The position numbers and the translations under genes are program-made. The notes below the pieces were generated by a model. It was not told where the DNA came from. It searched no databases and was given only the letters and a program-made list of their open reading frames with translations. From Candidatus Eiseniibacteriota bacterium (GTDB taxonomy: Bacteria; Eisenbacteria; RBG-16-71-46; JABDJR01): DNA of 64,000 bases. Location: the NCBI GenBank assembly GCA_963783375.1, contig CAWANH010000029.1, positions 1,216,001-1,280,000 on the forward strand. Reading direction: 5' to 3'. Shown here piece by piece: positions 16,898-27,669 of this stretch (position 1 is its first letter; each line of letters starts with the position of its first letter).

Positions 16898-19800
16898 TCA
16901 CGGCAGCATCCGGGTGATGCCGGAGAGCCCGCTGCCGGCGTTTCGGCCCTGCTCGTACTTCACGTCCGGCATGGCCTTGGCGTTGATCCGGAAGTAGAAC
17001 GAGGTGTCGGTTCCCAGCTGGTTCCGGCTGAACTGGGCCTCCCAGCAGTGGAGGTCCCGGCGGAGGCCGATCGACTCGCCCGACACCTTGTGGGCGGTAA
17101 GGTCCCAGGTGCTTGAATAGGTGACCGACCAGTTCTTGGTGATCTGGACCGAGGCGTTGGTGTTCAGGGTGGTGGTGGTCTTGATCCGGTCGCCGACCCG
17201 GGATCCGCTGTAGGAGAGGCTGAAGTTGCTGTTCCAGCGGAGGGCCTCGTCGGAAGCGGGGCTCGACCCCACCTGGTCCAGGGCCGAGCGCCCCAGGTTG
17301 GCCCCCAGCCGCTCCCAGGTCCCCGTGTCGCGGAACGGGTCCTCGGGGCCGGCGGTGGCCTCCCCCGCCTCCGCCCCGGGGAGGAGCCCCCCCAGCCCGA
17401 AGTTGGCCCGGAACCCGTAGTTCAGGAACCGGAACTGATGGTAGGGGTCGTGGTTCGAGTTGAAGCTCATGTTCACCCCGTACACGGTGGGGATGTCCAA
17501 GTTGGAGGACACGTTGCTCCATCCCCGGGTCCCCCGCTTCTTGGCCAGGAAATCGTATCCCGAACCCAGGGACCACTCGAGCAGGTTGATCCGTTTGATG
17601 CTCTCCCCGGAGCGGACCTTGGCCTGGAGCCCGTTCCGGAGTCCCAGGCTCACCGATTTCTGCTCGAACCCGCCGATCCCCGGGAACCGGTTGTGCCGGT
17701 TTCCGTCGGCATCCACGTAGGTGAGGCCGTTGAAGCTCGGCTGGTACCTGAACGTCGCGTTGGGCTGGAAGGTGTGGCGAAGGGCGGTGACCGGTCCGAT
17801 CCCCCCGAAGGTCCCGTAGATCGCGGTCCCCGTACCCACCGAGAGGTTCCAGACCGCGGCCCGGCGGAAGCCCTTCACGGTGTCGGTGGCCGAGTACTCG
17901 CGATCCGCCCAGTTCTCGGTGAGGTTCAGGGATGGCTGGAAGTTGAACACGTTCCAGAACCGCCGCGAGTCATTGAGGCTGATGGTGTGCCGGGCGGAGG
18001 ACGAGCGTTCCTTGTCGACGGCGTAGAGGGTGTCCGCGGCCGCACCCACGGTGGTGTCCGCGGGCACAAGGGTGGTCCGTTCCTTCTCGGTGTAGATGGA
18101 GGAGCCGCTGGAACTCAAGGTGAGGCTGGTGCTGGAAAGCCAGGGCCTCACCCCGCCCTTTCCCTCCGCGTCCGCCGGACGTCCAAGGGTGATCCGGTTC
18201 ATGGAGAACCGGTACTGGGGGAAGCTCTCGGTCAAGATCGTCTCGTCCCTCCCGTCACCGGGCACCACGGCCAGATTCTTGGTGCGGCTGGCGGTCAGGA
18301 ACAACGATGCCCTGGAAAACGACCGGCTCAGGGAGAGATCGGACTTGAGTATCCGATCCACCCGGTCGGCAAAGTCGTTGCCCAGGGGAAGCTGCTGGTT
18401 GTATTGCGCGTCCCGGAATGAGGCCCGGCCGGTGAGCCGCCAGTCCCCCAGGGTCATGTCGTGGGCCCCCTGAAGGTTCGAAAGCTTCTGTCCCGAGCCG
18501 AGGGTGCGCCCGAACTGCAGGTTGCCGTTCATGACGTACCGCTTGGCATACCGCCCCTCGACCTGTCCGATGAATTGCGAGGGCTGTTCGGTGTAGCTGG
18601 CGCTGGTGGTGAGATCCCAGTACTGGCTGGCCGCCCAGTAGTAGCCGAGGTTGGAGAAGGATCGCCCCTGGGTGCTTCCCAGCCCGAAGTCGATGTTGGG
18701 GGTGAGGAACCCGGAGTGGCGTCCCTTGCGGATCGAGAACACGTAGAACGGCAGGGCGAAGACCGGGATGTCCCGGATGTAGAGGGTCACCGGCTTCGCC
18801 ACCACCTTGTCCTTGAGGTAGATCCGCATCCGCTTGCTGGTGAAGTGGTAGTGGGGCGACTTGTCGTGATCGATGAGATCACAGGTGGTGTAGCTTCCCT
18901 CCCGGGCCAGGAACTGGTCTTCGCCGATCTTTCGGAGCGCGTCCGAATAGATGAATCCGTCCTGGGCTTCGGTCTTCCCGGCCCGGATCATCCCCTCACG
19001 GGTATTGAGGTTGTAGTTCATCCGGGTGCCGACGATCTGCTGGGCCGCCGTCCCCTCCCCGTGCTCCACCAGCACGGGCTTGTCCTCCGCCTCCATGTAG
19101 CGCCGGTCGGTGTAGAAACGCACCTTGCCCGCGGTGAGGGTGAGGCTTCCGTAGTCCGCCTTGGCCTCGCCCAGAAGATCCACCACGCGGTCGGAAACCG
19201 TGTAGTCCACGGTGGCGGCCTCGTAGACCACCTTCTCCGGCGCGGTTCCCGCCGCGGTGTCGGCGTGGGCGGGAACCGGCGCGGCCCCCGCCGCGGTGCC
19301 GGGGTGGGCCGGGCTCCCGGCCACGGTGTCGGGGGCCGCCCCCGGCGGGGTGGGGTTCCCCGGAGGTGGGGCCGCCGAATCGGGGGCGGCCGGCGTCCTC
19401 CCCGGCCCGGACGGAGCGCCGCCGGTGGTGTCCGGAGGCCCTCCGAGGATCCGGCCCAGACCCGCCGCGGCTTCGGCGGCCCGCTCCTCGGGGCTCATGG
19501 CGGTCGAGACATCCTTCCCCCCGAAGGTGTAGACCCCCTTGGCGTGTCCGGAGATCCGCACCCGGTGGATCTTCCCCTCCTCGATGAAGATGGTGATGGT
19601 GTCGCCCTGGGCGGCGTTGGTTCCCGCCCCGGCCTCCGCATCGGCCGGCGAGGGAATGTAGGCGCTGGTGGCGTGGTCGAACACCACCACCCGGTCCGCG
19701 GCGTCCTCCACGAAGTACATGGTGAGGGAGTCGCCGCGGACGATGCTCATCTCCCCCACGTGCAGGCTGTCCGTGGGGGCGTAGGTGACCTGCGCCCGGC

Positions 19801-21163
19801 CGTGAACGTCGGCCTGCTGGAGCACCCGGTCCTCGTCGAAGCGGAGAATGAGGGTGTCTCCGGTGAGCGTCCCGTCCGCCTCCTCCACCCGGGGGCTCCC
19901 GTAGAGGAAGGCGTTGTGGGTGTCGGCGAAGAACGAGGCGGAGTCGGCATAGGCGCGGACGCCGCCTCGGAGCACGCGCACCGCGCCCGAGGCGGAGGCG
20001 TTCCCCCCCGGATCCAGCCACACCCGCTCCCCCCCGATCCGGATCGGTCCCCCGCTCCCTCCGGTCAGGATCAGCATCGGGCGCTGGTCCACCCGGGCGC
20101 GGTCGGTGTCCAGGTCGTAGATCAGCCGCTCGCCGGTCAGGTTGGTGTTGTTTCCCGGCTCGCTGACCCGGACCTCCCCGAGCAGGATGATCTGGCGTCG
20201 TTCCCGGTACCAGTCCGCCTCCCGGGCCATGAACCGGCGTTCCCCGCGATGCCCCCGAGCGTTGCCGATCATGCGCATCACCCCGGTCTCCCGGTCGAAG
20301 CGCCCCTCGTCCCCCTCCAGCACCAGGGAGTCCGCGGGGACCCTCACCTCCACCTCGCCGTCGGCCACCAGGAGCCCGGTGTCGCGATGGTAGACCGCGG
20401 TCCGGCTTCTCCCGTGGGTTCCGGGATCGGTGAACACGACCCCGCCGCTCAGGTGCGCTTCGCCGGAGTCCACCAGATAGGTGCCGGTGGGCGCGGCGAT
20501 GGTGAGGTCCTTGTGGGTGATGAAGGGGTTGGTCACGTGGAGCACCTGGCCTTCGGGCCCGGTGGTGGCGATCAACGGCTCCCCGGTCAGCGTCCACTCG
20601 TCGGGACCGGTGATCGCCTCGGGGGCGGGGACGACCGAGGTTTCCGGCGGCGCGGCGGCGGTCTTCGGAACCGCCCCCGCGACGACCGAGGTTTCGGGGA
20701 CGGCGACGGCGGTCGGCGGGACGCCCGGAGCGGCGGTGGTCCCGGGCGCGGCCCCGGCGCCCGGCGGCCGAGCCCCGGCCACCACCGTGGTCCCCGGCGC
20801 CGCCGCGGCGCCCGCGAACGGGGTCCGGCCCGTGCTCTCCGGCGCGGCCTCGGCGATTCCCGGGGCCGGCCCCGCCCCGACGACGATGGCCCCGGTGGAA
20901 TCGACGCTCCATCCGCCGGTGAGCGCCCCGGTGGAATCCAGGCCCGATCCGGCGGTGGGCGCCCCGGTGGAGTCGCCCGTCCCCCCGGGTTGAACCGCCT
21001 GGGAGCCGGGAGAGCGGGACGCGGCGGTCGGGGAGGTGCCCAGGGGTTCGCGGAACCACGCGCACCCCCCCAGGACCGCGAGCAGCAGCACGATCCCCAC
21101 CCGGCCGGGAACCGGCCCGAGCCTGAAACGGCCGGCCATCGACGGCCCCGTGGTCGTGATCAT
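16898..21163 (-). CDS. lptD: Very large LPS-assembly protein LptD with extended OstA/LptA-like beta-jellyroll region
   Basis: C-terminal LptD hallmarks (GSYTTCD...PHYHF, RHSGFLTP, LGYYWAASQYWD, RRDLHCWE, FYFRINA); N-terminal OstA-like strands; lipobox-like VLGGC; about 1420 aa; start (21163 or 21139) uncertain. Confidence 0.85.
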   Translation of the reverse strand: MITTTGPSMAGRFRLGPVPGRVGIVLLLAVLGGCAWFREPLGTSPTAASRSPGSQAVQPGGTGDSTGAPTAGSGLDSTGALTGGWSVDSTGAIVVGAGPAPGIAEAAPESTGRTPFAGAAAAPGTTVVAGARPPGAGAAPGTTAAPGVPPTAVAVPETSVVAGAVPKTAAAPPETSVVPAPEAITGPDEWTLTGEPLIATTGPEGQVLHVTNPFITHKDLTIAAPTGTYLVDSGEAHLSGGVVFTDPGTHGRSRTAVYHRDTGLLVADGEVEVRVPADSLVLEGDEGRFDRETGVMRMIGNARGHRGERRFMAREADWYRERRQIILLGEVRVSEPGNNTNLTGERLIYDLDTDRARVDQRPMLILTGGSGGPIRIGGERVWLDPGGNASASGAVRVLRGGVRAYADSASFFADTHNAFLYGSPRVEEADGTLTGDTLILRFDEDRVLQQADVHGRAQVTYAPTDSLHVGEMSIVRGDSLTMYFVEDAADRVVVFDHATSAYIPSPADAEAGAGTNAAQGDTITIFIEEGKIHRVRISGHAKGVYTFGGKDVSTAMSPEERAAEAAAGLGRILGGPPDTTGGAPSGPGRTPAAPDSAAPPPGNPTPPGAAPDTVAGSPAHPGTAAGAAPVPAHADTAAGTAPEKVVYEAATVDYTVSDRVVDLLGEAKADYGSLTLTAGKVRFYTDRRYMEAEDKPVLVEHGEGTAAQQIVGTRMNYNLNTREGMIRAGKTEAQDGFIYSDALRKIGEDQFLAREGSYTTCDLIDHDKSPHYHFTSKRMRIYLKDKVVAKPVTLYIRDIPVFALPFYVFSIRKGRHSGFLTPNIDFGLGSTQGRSFSNLGYYWAASQYWDLTTSASYTEQPSQFIGQVEGRYAKRYVMNGNLQFGRTLGSGQKLSNLQGAHDMTLGDWRLTGRASFRDAQYNQQLPLGNDFADRVDRILKSDLSLSRSFSRASLFLTASRTKNLAVVPGDGRDETILTESFPQYRFSMNRITLGRPADAEGKGGVRPWLSSTSLTLSSSGSSIYTEKERTTLVPADTTVGAAADTLYAVDKERSSSARHTISLNDSRRFWNVFNFQPSLNLTENWADREYSATDTVKGFRRAAVWNLSVGTGTAIYGTFGGIGPVTALRHTFQPNATFRYQPSFNGLTYVDADGNRHNRFPGIGGFEQKSVSLGLRNGLQAKVRSGESIKRINLLEWSLGSGYDFLAKKRGTRGWSNVSSNLDIPTVYGVNMSFNSNHDPYHQFRFLNYGFRANFGLGGLLPGAEAGEATAGPEDPFRDTGTWERLGANLGRSALDQVGSSPASDEALRWNSNFSLSYSGSRVGDRIKTTTTLNTNASVQITKNWSVTYSSTWDLTAHKVSGESIGLRRDLHCWEAQFSRNQLGTDTSFYFRINAKAMPDVKYEQGRNAGSGLSGITRMLP

Positions 21164-21164
21164 G

Positions 21165-22130
21165 TCATCGCGCGGTCGTGGTGGAGTCCTCCAGGAGGAG
21201 CGCCGCCGACCCCAGAAGCCCTGCATCGGTTCCGAGTCCCGCGGGGAGAATCTCCGGGGGCGACTGCCGGGCCACCAGAGATCGCCGCATCAGGTGCTCG
21301 CGGGCGGGATCGAAGAGGAGCGCTCCCGCCTGGGCCACCCCGCCGCCGATCACCACCCGCCGGGGGTTGAATATGTTGACCAGGGTCACCAGGAGGCCGC
21401 CCAGGGCATGTCCCACGTTCTCCATCACCTCCCGGGCCACCCGGCTTCCCTGATGGGCGGCCTCGGTCAGGACCTCCGGGGTGAGGGGATCCGCCCCGGA
21501 GAGGAGCGCGTCCCGGGCGAAGCCCGGATGGCGCTTCGCCGCCTTCACGATGTCCTTGTTCCCTACATACCGCTCCGCGCAGCCCCGGTTCCCGCAGGTA
21601 CACTCGATGCCGTCCAGGACCAGGGTGGCATGGCCGGGCTCGCCGGCGAAACCGTCGGCCCCGCGCACCAGTTCCCCGTTCACGATGAATGCCCCGCCGA
21701 TGCCCGTCCCCAGGGTGAGGAACACCATGTGGGGAAGCCGCTCCCCCGCCCCCCATCGCCACTCGGCCAGGGAGAAGGTGTTGACGTCGTTGTCCACCCG
21801 GGCGGGGAGCCCGAGACGATCGCTCAGGGCCTTTCCGAGGGCGAAGTTCTCCCATTTGGGAAGGTTGGGGGAGAACTGCACAAGCCCCTGGTCGCAGTTC
21901 ACCAGCCCCGCGCACCCTGCTCCCACCCCTTCCGCCTTCTCCCATCCCGCCCGGCCGAGGAGCCCACGGAGCTTCTCCGCCACCTCGTCCAGAACCTCTT
22001 CGCGATCGCGGTCGGCGTGGTTGTGGATCGCGTCGGAGGCGGCCAGGCGGGCGGTCTCGTCGATCTCCACCGCCCCCAGCTTGATCCCCGTCCCGCCAAC
22101 GTCCACGCCGAAGATACGACGTGCGGCCAC
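21165..22130 (-). CDS. ROK family sugar kinase (glucokinase-like)
   Basis: GVDVGGT, VDNDVN, TLGTGIGGA, GFAGEPGH, CTCGNRGCAE. Confidence 0.93.
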   Translation of the reverse strand: MAARRIFGVDVGGTGIKLGAVEIDETARLAASDAIHNHADRDREEVLDEVAEKLRGLLGRAGWEKAEGVGAGCAGLVNCDQGLVQFSPNLPKWENFALGKALSDRLGLPARVDNDVNTFSLAEWRWGAGERLPHMVFLTLGTGIGGAFIVNGELVRGADGFAGEPGHATLVLDGIECTCGNRGCAERYVGNKDIVKAAKRHPGFARDALLSGADPLTPEVLTEAAHQGSRVAREVMENVGHALGGLLVTLVNIFNPRRVVIGGGVAQAGALLFDPAREHLMRRSLVARQSPPEILPAGLGTDAGLLGSAALLLEDSTTTAR

Positions 22131-22132
22131 GC

Positions 22133-23248
22133 TCAGGCCTCCGCCGCGACGGGGTCGTGGTGGAGCAGGCTGGCCCCGCTCTCCGGATCGAACAGGTGGG
22201 CGCGGCCCGAGTCGAGCTTCAGCCGGTAGCGGATCCCGATCTTCGGGAGGAGCTGCGGACCGATCCGGGCCAGGAGGTAACCTCCCTCGAAATCGCTGTG
22301 GAGGAAGATCTCGTTACCCATCGGCTCCACCACCCGGGCGGACACGACCACCGTGCCCGGTCCCCCGTCGCTCCCGTCGGCTTCGCCGACCAGCTCCAGG
22401 TCCTCGGGACGGATGCCCAGGACCGCGGGGCCGGTGCGGGATCGGGCCGGGGCCAGCCGCTCGACCAGGGGGGCGGTGAAGCCCGGGCCCACGAACGCGC
22501 CGTCCTCGAGCTTCCCTTCCACGAAATTCATGGCCGGGGAACCGATGAACGAGGCCACGAAGCGGTTCACCGGGTCGTTGTAGAGGGTGAGCGGCGGGGC
22601 CACCTGCTGGAGTACCCCCTCCTTCACCACCGCGATCCGGTCGGCCATGGTCATGGCCTCCACCTGGTCGTGGGTGACGTAGATCATGGTGGCGTCGAGA
22701 TCGTGGTGGAGCTTGGAGATCTCGGTCCGCATCTGGACCCGGAGCGCCGCGTCCAGGTTCGAGAGCGGCTCGTCGAAGAGGAACACCGCGGGCTGGCGCA
22801 CGATGGCCCGGCCCAGGGCCACGCGCTGGCGCTGGCCGCCGGAGAGCGCCTTGGGCTTCCGGTCCAGGTAGGCGGTGAGCCCCAGCAGCTCCGCCGCCTG
22901 ATCCACCCGGCGGGCTATCTCGTCCTTCTTGAACTTGCGGAGCTTCAGGCCGAAACCCATGTTGTCCCGCACCGTCATGTGGGGATACAGGGCGTAGGAC
23001 TGGAAGACCATGGCGATGTCGCGGTCCTTGGGGGCGACGTCGTTCACCACCCGGTCGGCGATCAGGAGTTTCCCCGAGGTGACCTCCTCGAGTCCCGCCA
23101 CCATCCGGAGCAGCGTGGACTTGCCGCACCCCGAGGGACCCACCAGCACCATCAGCTCCTTGTCCTGGACGTCCAGGCTGGCGTCCTTCACCGCCGTCAC
23201 CCCGCCGGGGTAGACCTTGGTCACGTTCTCGAAACGCACCCCTGCCAC
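22133..23248 (-). CDS. Carbohydrate ABC transporter ATP-binding protein (UgpC/MalK/MsmX family)
   Basis: GGAGG SD, GTG 23248; [52 protein letters not shown]; no permease nearby. Confidence 0.93.
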   Translation of the reverse strand: MAGVRFENVTKVYPGGVTAVKDASLDVQDKELMVLVGPSGCGKSTLLRMVAGLEEVTSGKLLIADRVVNDVAPKDRDIAMVFQSYALYPHMTVRDNMGFGLKLRKFKKDEIARRVDQAAELLGLTAYLDRKPKALSGGQRQRVALGRAIVRQPAVFLFDEPLSNLDAALRVQMRTEISKLHHDLDATMIYVTHDQVEAMTMADRIAVVKEGVLQQVAPPLTLYNDPVNRFVASFIGSPAMNFVEGKLEDGAFVGPGFTAPLVERLAPARSRTGPAVLGIRPEDLELVGEADGSDGGPGTVVVSARVVEPMGNEIFLHSDFEGGYLLARIGPQLLPKIGIRYRLKLDSGRAHLFDPESGASLLHHDPVAAEA

Positions 23249-23256
23249 GTTGCCTC

Positions 23257-24267
23257 CTAGGAATCTCGGGAATGGGTATCGACTTCGGCCTCCGCGGCGT
23301 TCCGCCCGCCGTCGGGGGCCTCCGGGTCCGGACCCGGGGGAAGCCCGTTGCCGCCCCCCGGTCTCCGGCGCTCGACCGGAACCGGCGCCGACGGCTCGGC
23401 CAACGCGAACCCCGGCTTCGAGCGGAGCCCGTCGCCGAACGTCCTGAGAATCAGGGCGGTGGTGGCGCGAAGCTCGGAGCGCGGGGTGATCCGGTCCACG
23501 AACCCGTGCTGGAGCAGGAACTCCGACCGTTGGAATCCGGGGGGAAGCTCCTGGGCCACCGTCTCCCGGATGACCCGGGGACCGGCGAAACCGATCAACG
23601 CCCCGGGCTCGGCCAGGATCACGTCGCCGAGCTGGGCGAAGCTCGCGGTGACCCCGCCGGTGGTGGGGTCGGTGAGGATCGAGATGTAGGGGATCCGCTG
23701 GTCGAGCATGCGGGCCAGTAGAACGCTGGTCTTGGCCATCTGCATGAGGGAGAGAATCCCTTCCATCATGCGCGCGCCGCCCGAGGCCGAGACGATGATG
23801 AGGGGGGTCCTCTGCTCGAGGCACCGCCGGGCGGCCCGGGCGATCTTCTCCCCCACCGCGCTGGCCATGCTCCCCCCGATGAAGCTGAAGTCCATGGCTC
23901 CCAGCACCACCGGCAGCCCCTCCAGGGTTCCGGTCCCGGTGAGGATGGCCTCGCCCAGGCCGGTCTTCCGGCGGGCGTCGGCCAGGCGATCGGTGTAGCG
24001 CTTGGAGTCCTTGAACCCCAGGGGATCCACGGAAACCACCCCGGCGTCGATCTCCTGGAAACTTCCCTCGTCGAGGAGGATCTCGGTGTAGCGGCGGGCC
24101 CCGATCCGGAAATGGAACCCACACTTCGGACAGACGTGGAGGTTTCGCTCCAGCTCCTTGAAGTAGAGGATCTCCCCGCAGCCCTCGCACTTCACCCACA
24201 AGCCGTCGGGAACCTCGCGGGAGCCTCCGCCCTGGGGGCGCGTGTTCTCGCGTTTCAGCCAGGACAT
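23257..24267 (-). CDS. accD: Acetyl-CoA carboxylase carboxyltransferase beta subunit
   Basis: GLWVKCEGC...VCPKC zinc finger, [37 protein letters not shown]; TGATG overlap with rimI. Confidence 0.96.
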   Translation of the reverse strand: MSWLKRENTRPQGGGSREVPDGLWVKCEGCGEILYFKELERNLHVCPKCGFHFRIGARRYTEILLDEGSFQEIDAGVVSVDPLGFKDSKRYTDRLADARRKTGLGEAILTGTGTLEGLPVVLGAMDFSFIGGSMASAVGEKIARAARRCLEQRTPLIIVSASGGARMMEGILSLMQMAKTSVLLARMLDQRIPYISILTDPTTGGVTASFAQLGDVILAEPGALIGFAGPRVIRETVAQELPPGFQRSEFLLQHGFVDRITPRSELRATTALILRTFGDGLRSKPGFALAEPSAPVPVERRRPGGGNGLPPGPDPEAPDGGRNAAEAEVDTHSRDS

Positions 24268-24767
24268 CAGTCGCGCTTCCCTTTCCAGGGCGGGATCCAT
24301 CCCCGCTCCTCCAGCGGCCTCACCATGACCAGGGCGTCCTCGCGGTTGTCCCGGTAATAGCCTTTTCGCACGTCAAAGGTGTAGAAACCGTTCTTGAGAT
24401 AGAGCGCCTGGGCCGCCCGGTTCGATCGTCGCACTTCCAGGAGGATCCGCACCGAGTCCCGCCGGAGCGCCTCGTCCACCAGCTCCTTGAGCATACGCTC
24501 GGCCAATCCCCGCCGACGTCCCCACGGCGCCACGGCCACGTTGGCCAGGTGGGCCTCGTCGGCCACGAACCACGCCACCATGTAGGCCATCACCTCGCCG
24601 TCGGGGCCCTCCACCGCCACCCGGGGCCAGCTCGCGCTCCCCCCTTCCACTTCGTGGCGGAAGGACGCCTCGGACCAGGGGTCGGGAAAGATCGTCCGCT
24701 CCAGGCGGGCCACCGCCTCCAGGTCCGAAAACCGCATCCGCCGGGTCAGGAGTTCGGTCGTGCTCAC
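24267..24767 (-). CDS. rimI: Ribosomal protein alanine N-acetyltransferase
   Basis: [33 protein letters not shown]...EDALVM; GTGA overlap with tsaB. Confidence 0.92.
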   Translation of the reverse strand: MSTTELLTRRMRFSDLEAVARLERTIFPDPWSEASFRHEVEGGSASWPRVAVEGPDGEVMAYMVAWFVADEAHLANVAVAPWGRRRGLAERMLKELVDEALRRDSVRILLEVRRSNRAAQALYLKNGFYTFDVRKGYYRDNREDALVMVRPLEERGWIPPWKGKRD

Positions 24768-25435
24768 GTGCGTCGTGGCCGGGCGTCCGCGGCACGCGCG
24801 TACCGCGGGACCGGCGCCTCCCGGGTCCCGGCGGCCAGCGCCCGTTCGCCGAGCCTCGCCGCGGCGATCGCCCGGGCCGCGCCCCCGGGAACGCAGCGAG
24901 CCGGTCCGTCCTCCGGCCACAACCGCTCTCCGCCGTCTCCGGCGAGGAGGCTCCCCGGCGGCGGCGGCGGACCCGGCTCCGAAACCCGAACCAGATGTTC
25001 CGCCTCCTCGGGGACCGGGCCTTCCGGCCCCACCTGGTACCGCGCGAGGACGACCTCCCCGCGCCGCACGTCGGCGGCGGAAACGATGTAAGCCCCTATG
25101 GGGGGTGACGTTGCATCGTAGCAGGCACGGGCGAGGATGTCGAGACACCCCACACCCGCGGCCGGGATCCCCGAGGCGCTGGAAAGTCCCAGGGCGGCGG
25201 CCACCCCCACCCGGATCCCGGTGAACGACCCCGGACCCACGTTCACCGCCACCAGGTCCAGTTCGTCGACCCCGCGCTCCGCTTCCTGGAGCAACGCGAG
25301 CACGGCCGGAACCACCGCCTCGGCGTGCCGCCCCCGTTCGCCCAGATCGCGCGTCCGAGGCTCCGTCCCCGCCCCCAACAGCGCCACCCCCCCGTGGCCC
25401 GACGCGGTATCGACCCCCAGGATCAGGCGGCTCAC
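24764..25435 (-). CDS. tsaB: tRNA threonylcarbamoyladenosine biosynthesis protein TsaB
   Basis: ILGVDTA, HAE, GPGSFTGIRVG, DVRRGEV; GTGA overlap with tsaE. Confidence 0.93.
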   Translation of the reverse strand: MSRLILGVDTASGHGGVALLGAGTEPRTRDLGERGRHAEAVVPAVLALLQEAERGVDELDLVAVNVGPGSFTGIRVGVAAALGLSSASGIPAAGVGCLDILARACYDATSPPIGAYIVSAADVRRGEVVLARYQVGPEGPVPEEAEHLVRVSEPGPPPPPGSLLAGDGGERLWPEDGPARCVPGGAARAIAAARLGERALAAGTREAPVPRYARAADARPRRT

Positions 25436-25896
25436 CGCGCCTCCTCCGGGGTCGCGCCCACCGCGCCGGCCAGACGTCCGAGCAGCCCGCCCGAGCCGCG
25501 GATCACCAGCCGCCGATGCTCGGGGGCCGGCTCCTCGAACCGGACGGTCACTGCAGCCTCGGGGGCCAGGGGGCCCGCCCGCTCGCCCCATTCCACCACC
25601 GTGACCCCGGGGCCGTCGAAGAGGTCGTCCACCCCCAGCTCCTCCACGTCCCGGAGCTCGCCGACCCGGTAGAGGTCGAGATGGTGGAGGAGGAGCCGGC
25701 CGGGATAGGTGAGGAGGAGGGCGAAGGTCGGGCTCTTGACCCCGTGCTCCACTCCCAGGCCCCGGGCCAACCCCCGGACCAGGGTGGTCTTTCCCGCCCC
25801 CAGATCGCCCTGGAGGAGGAGCACGTCGCCGGACGCCAGGACCCGGCCCCAGGCCTCGCCGATAGCCTCGGTGCGGTCGGGGCCGTCGCTGGTCAC
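25432..25896 (-). CDS. tsaE: t6A biosynthesis ATPase TsaE
   Basis: GDLGAGKTT, VKSPTF, HLDLYR, VVEWGE. Confidence 0.95.
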   Translation of the reverse strand: MTSDGPDRTEAIGEAWGRVLASGDVLLLQGDLGAGKTTLVRGLARGLGVEHGVKSPTFALLLTYPGRLLLHHLDLYRVGELRDVEELGVDDLFDGPGVTVVEWGERAGPLAPEAAVTVRFEEPAPEHRRLVIRGSGGLLGRLAGAVGATPEEAR

Positions 25897-25913
25897 CGCG
25901 AACGACCGTCCGC

Positions 25914-27476
25914 CTAGCGCGGTCTCAGGATCACGCAGGGGAGAATCACCTCCTCCATGGTCACGCCGCCGTGCTGGAAGGAGTTCTTGTACAGGCGCTC
26001 GTACTCATGGAAGTTGGTCGGGTAGACGAAGTAGTAGTCCTCCCGGGCCAGGATGTAGTTCTTGTTGAGGAAGTCGTCGGGAAGCCCCCACTCCTCGGGC
26101 TTCCTGATCAGGATCGCTTCCTTGTCCTCGCCGCGGAGGTTCACCCCGTGCTTGTGGCGGAGGTTGGTGCTGGTCTCCCGGTTCCCGTACACCAGGGTGG
26201 AGCGGCGGGCCTGGACCGCGCCGTGATCGCTGGTGAGGATCACGGTGGCGTTCTGTCCGGACACGTGCTTCAGCACGTCGGCCAGCACCGAGTGGCTGTA
26301 CCACGACTCGAGGAGGGAGCGGAACGCGGCCTCGTCGGGGGCCAGCTCGCGGAGCACCCGGCTCTCCGAGCGGCCGTGGGTGAGCTGGTCCAGGAAGTTG
26401 AACACGAAGGTGACGAAGGGAATCCCCGAATAGGTGGAGATCTGGCGGCGAAGCGCCTGCTCTTCCTGCTCGGTGAACACCCGGTGGTACTTGAAGTTCA
26501 GCCCGCCGTGACCCAGCCGGGCCAGGTGCTCGGCCAGGAACTCCTCCTCGAAGCGGTTCCGTCCCTTCCCCGGGCCCGGGCGCTCCTCCCACCGGTCCGG
26601 GTGGCGGCGGGCCAGCTCGGCGGGAAACATTCCCGAGAACATCGCGTTCCGGGAGTAGGGCGTGGCGGAGGGGAGCACCGAGTAGTAGAGGTGCTGCTCG
26701 GCGCGGAAGAGCGGCTCCACGTGGGGCTTGAGCGCCAGCCACTGATCGAGCCGCATGCAGTCCAGGACGATCAGGTAGACCGATCGTCCGTCGGCCAGCT
26801 CCGGGGCCACGAAGCGGGGAAAGATGTTGCAGGAGAGCGCGGGGCGCTGGTCGGGCTTGGCCTCCACCCACCCCGGATAGTGGTTCTCGATGAATCGGGC
26901 GAACTCGCGATCCATCTCCCGCTTCATGTCGAGGTGGGCCTGGCGAAGCCCCACGTCCTCGATCGAAAACAGCTCCAGCTCCAGCTCGCACACCTTCCGA
27001 TAGATCTCCAGCCAATCGTCCCGGTCGAGGGGTTCCATCCGGCGCTGCTGGAGGCGGTTGAACTCGCCCACGTAGTCCCGGGTGAACCGGCCTTCCTGGA
27101 TCTTGGTCCCTTCGGTCACCCGCTTGATGGTGAGGAGTACCTGGCTCGGGTGGACCGGCTTCACCAGGTAGTCCCGGATGCGAAGCCCGATGGCCTCCTC
27201 CATCAGGGTCTCCTCCTCGCTCTTGGTGACCAGAACCACCGGAACCGCGGCGTCCACGTCCTGGATCGCCTCCAGGGTGGCCAGCCCACCCATTCCCGGC
27301 ATCATCTCGTCCAGGAGCACCACGTCGAAGGACTCCTCCTTCACCCGGGCCAGGGCGTCCTCGCCGTTGCTGACCGCAACCACCTCGTACCCCTTCCCTT
27401 CCAGGAAACGGATGTGCGGCTTCAGGAGATCGATCTCGTCGTCGGCCCAGAGAACGCGGCGTTTGGTCTCGGACAT
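25914..27476 (-). CDS. porX: PorX-like response regulator (REC + PglZ/alkaline phosphatase domain)
   Basis: LWADDEIDLLKPH, LLDEMMPG, TKSEEE, LPSATPYSRNA, SDHG, YKNSFQHGGVTMEE; upstream of tsaE as in Bacteroidota. Confidence 0.92.
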   Translation of the reverse strand: MSETKRRVLWADDEIDLLKPHIRFLEGKGYEVVAVSNGEDALARVKEESFDVVLLDEMMPGMGGLATLEAIQDVDAAVPVVLVTKSEEETLMEEAIGLRIRDYLVKPVHPSQVLLTIKRVTEGTKIQEGRFTRDYVGEFNRLQQRRMEPLDRDDWLEIYRKVCELELELFSIEDVGLRQAHLDMKREMDREFARFIENHYPGWVEAKPDQRPALSCNIFPRFVAPELADGRSVYLIVLDCMRLDQWLALKPHVEPLFRAEQHLYYSVLPSATPYSRNAMFSGMFPAELARRHPDRWEERPGPGKGRNRFEEEFLAEHLARLGHGGLNFKYHRVFTEQEEQALRRQISTYSGIPFVTFVFNFLDQLTHGRSESRVLRELAPDEAAFRSLLESWYSHSVLADVLKHVSGQNATVILTSDHGAVQARRSTLVYGNRETSTNLRHKHGVNLRGEDKEAILIRKPEEWGLPDDFLNKNYILAREDYYFVYPTNFHEYERLYKNSFQHGGVTMEEVILPCVILRPR

Positions 27477-27669
27477 CGGGTCACCACCTGACGGGTTGCG
27501 GGGAAAATGCGATGCCTGGTTCTGATCGTGCCGGACGGGGTGTATCAAGATTTCATAGGTGGAGTTCAATGATACGCGTTCGCGGGGCGCCCGGTCCACC
27601 GTGGAGGGGGCGCCGGCTCCCGCCGGCGGCCGAGCCGCGAAGATCCCTCGCGGGACCGCGCGGCGGCGG

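Noticed and set aside
18461-21370. Long antisense or alternative-frame ORFs (e.g. 969 aa here, 4241..6253, 45387..47768, 51406..53724)
   Set aside because: Typical stop-poor shadows of high-GC coding sequence, lying opposite well-supported genes and lacking recognisable motifs.
25914-27476. BREX defence system, because of the PglZ domain
   Set aside because: The PglZ domain is fused to a receiver domain (PorX type) next to tsaE; no brxA/B/C, pglX or brxL is present.
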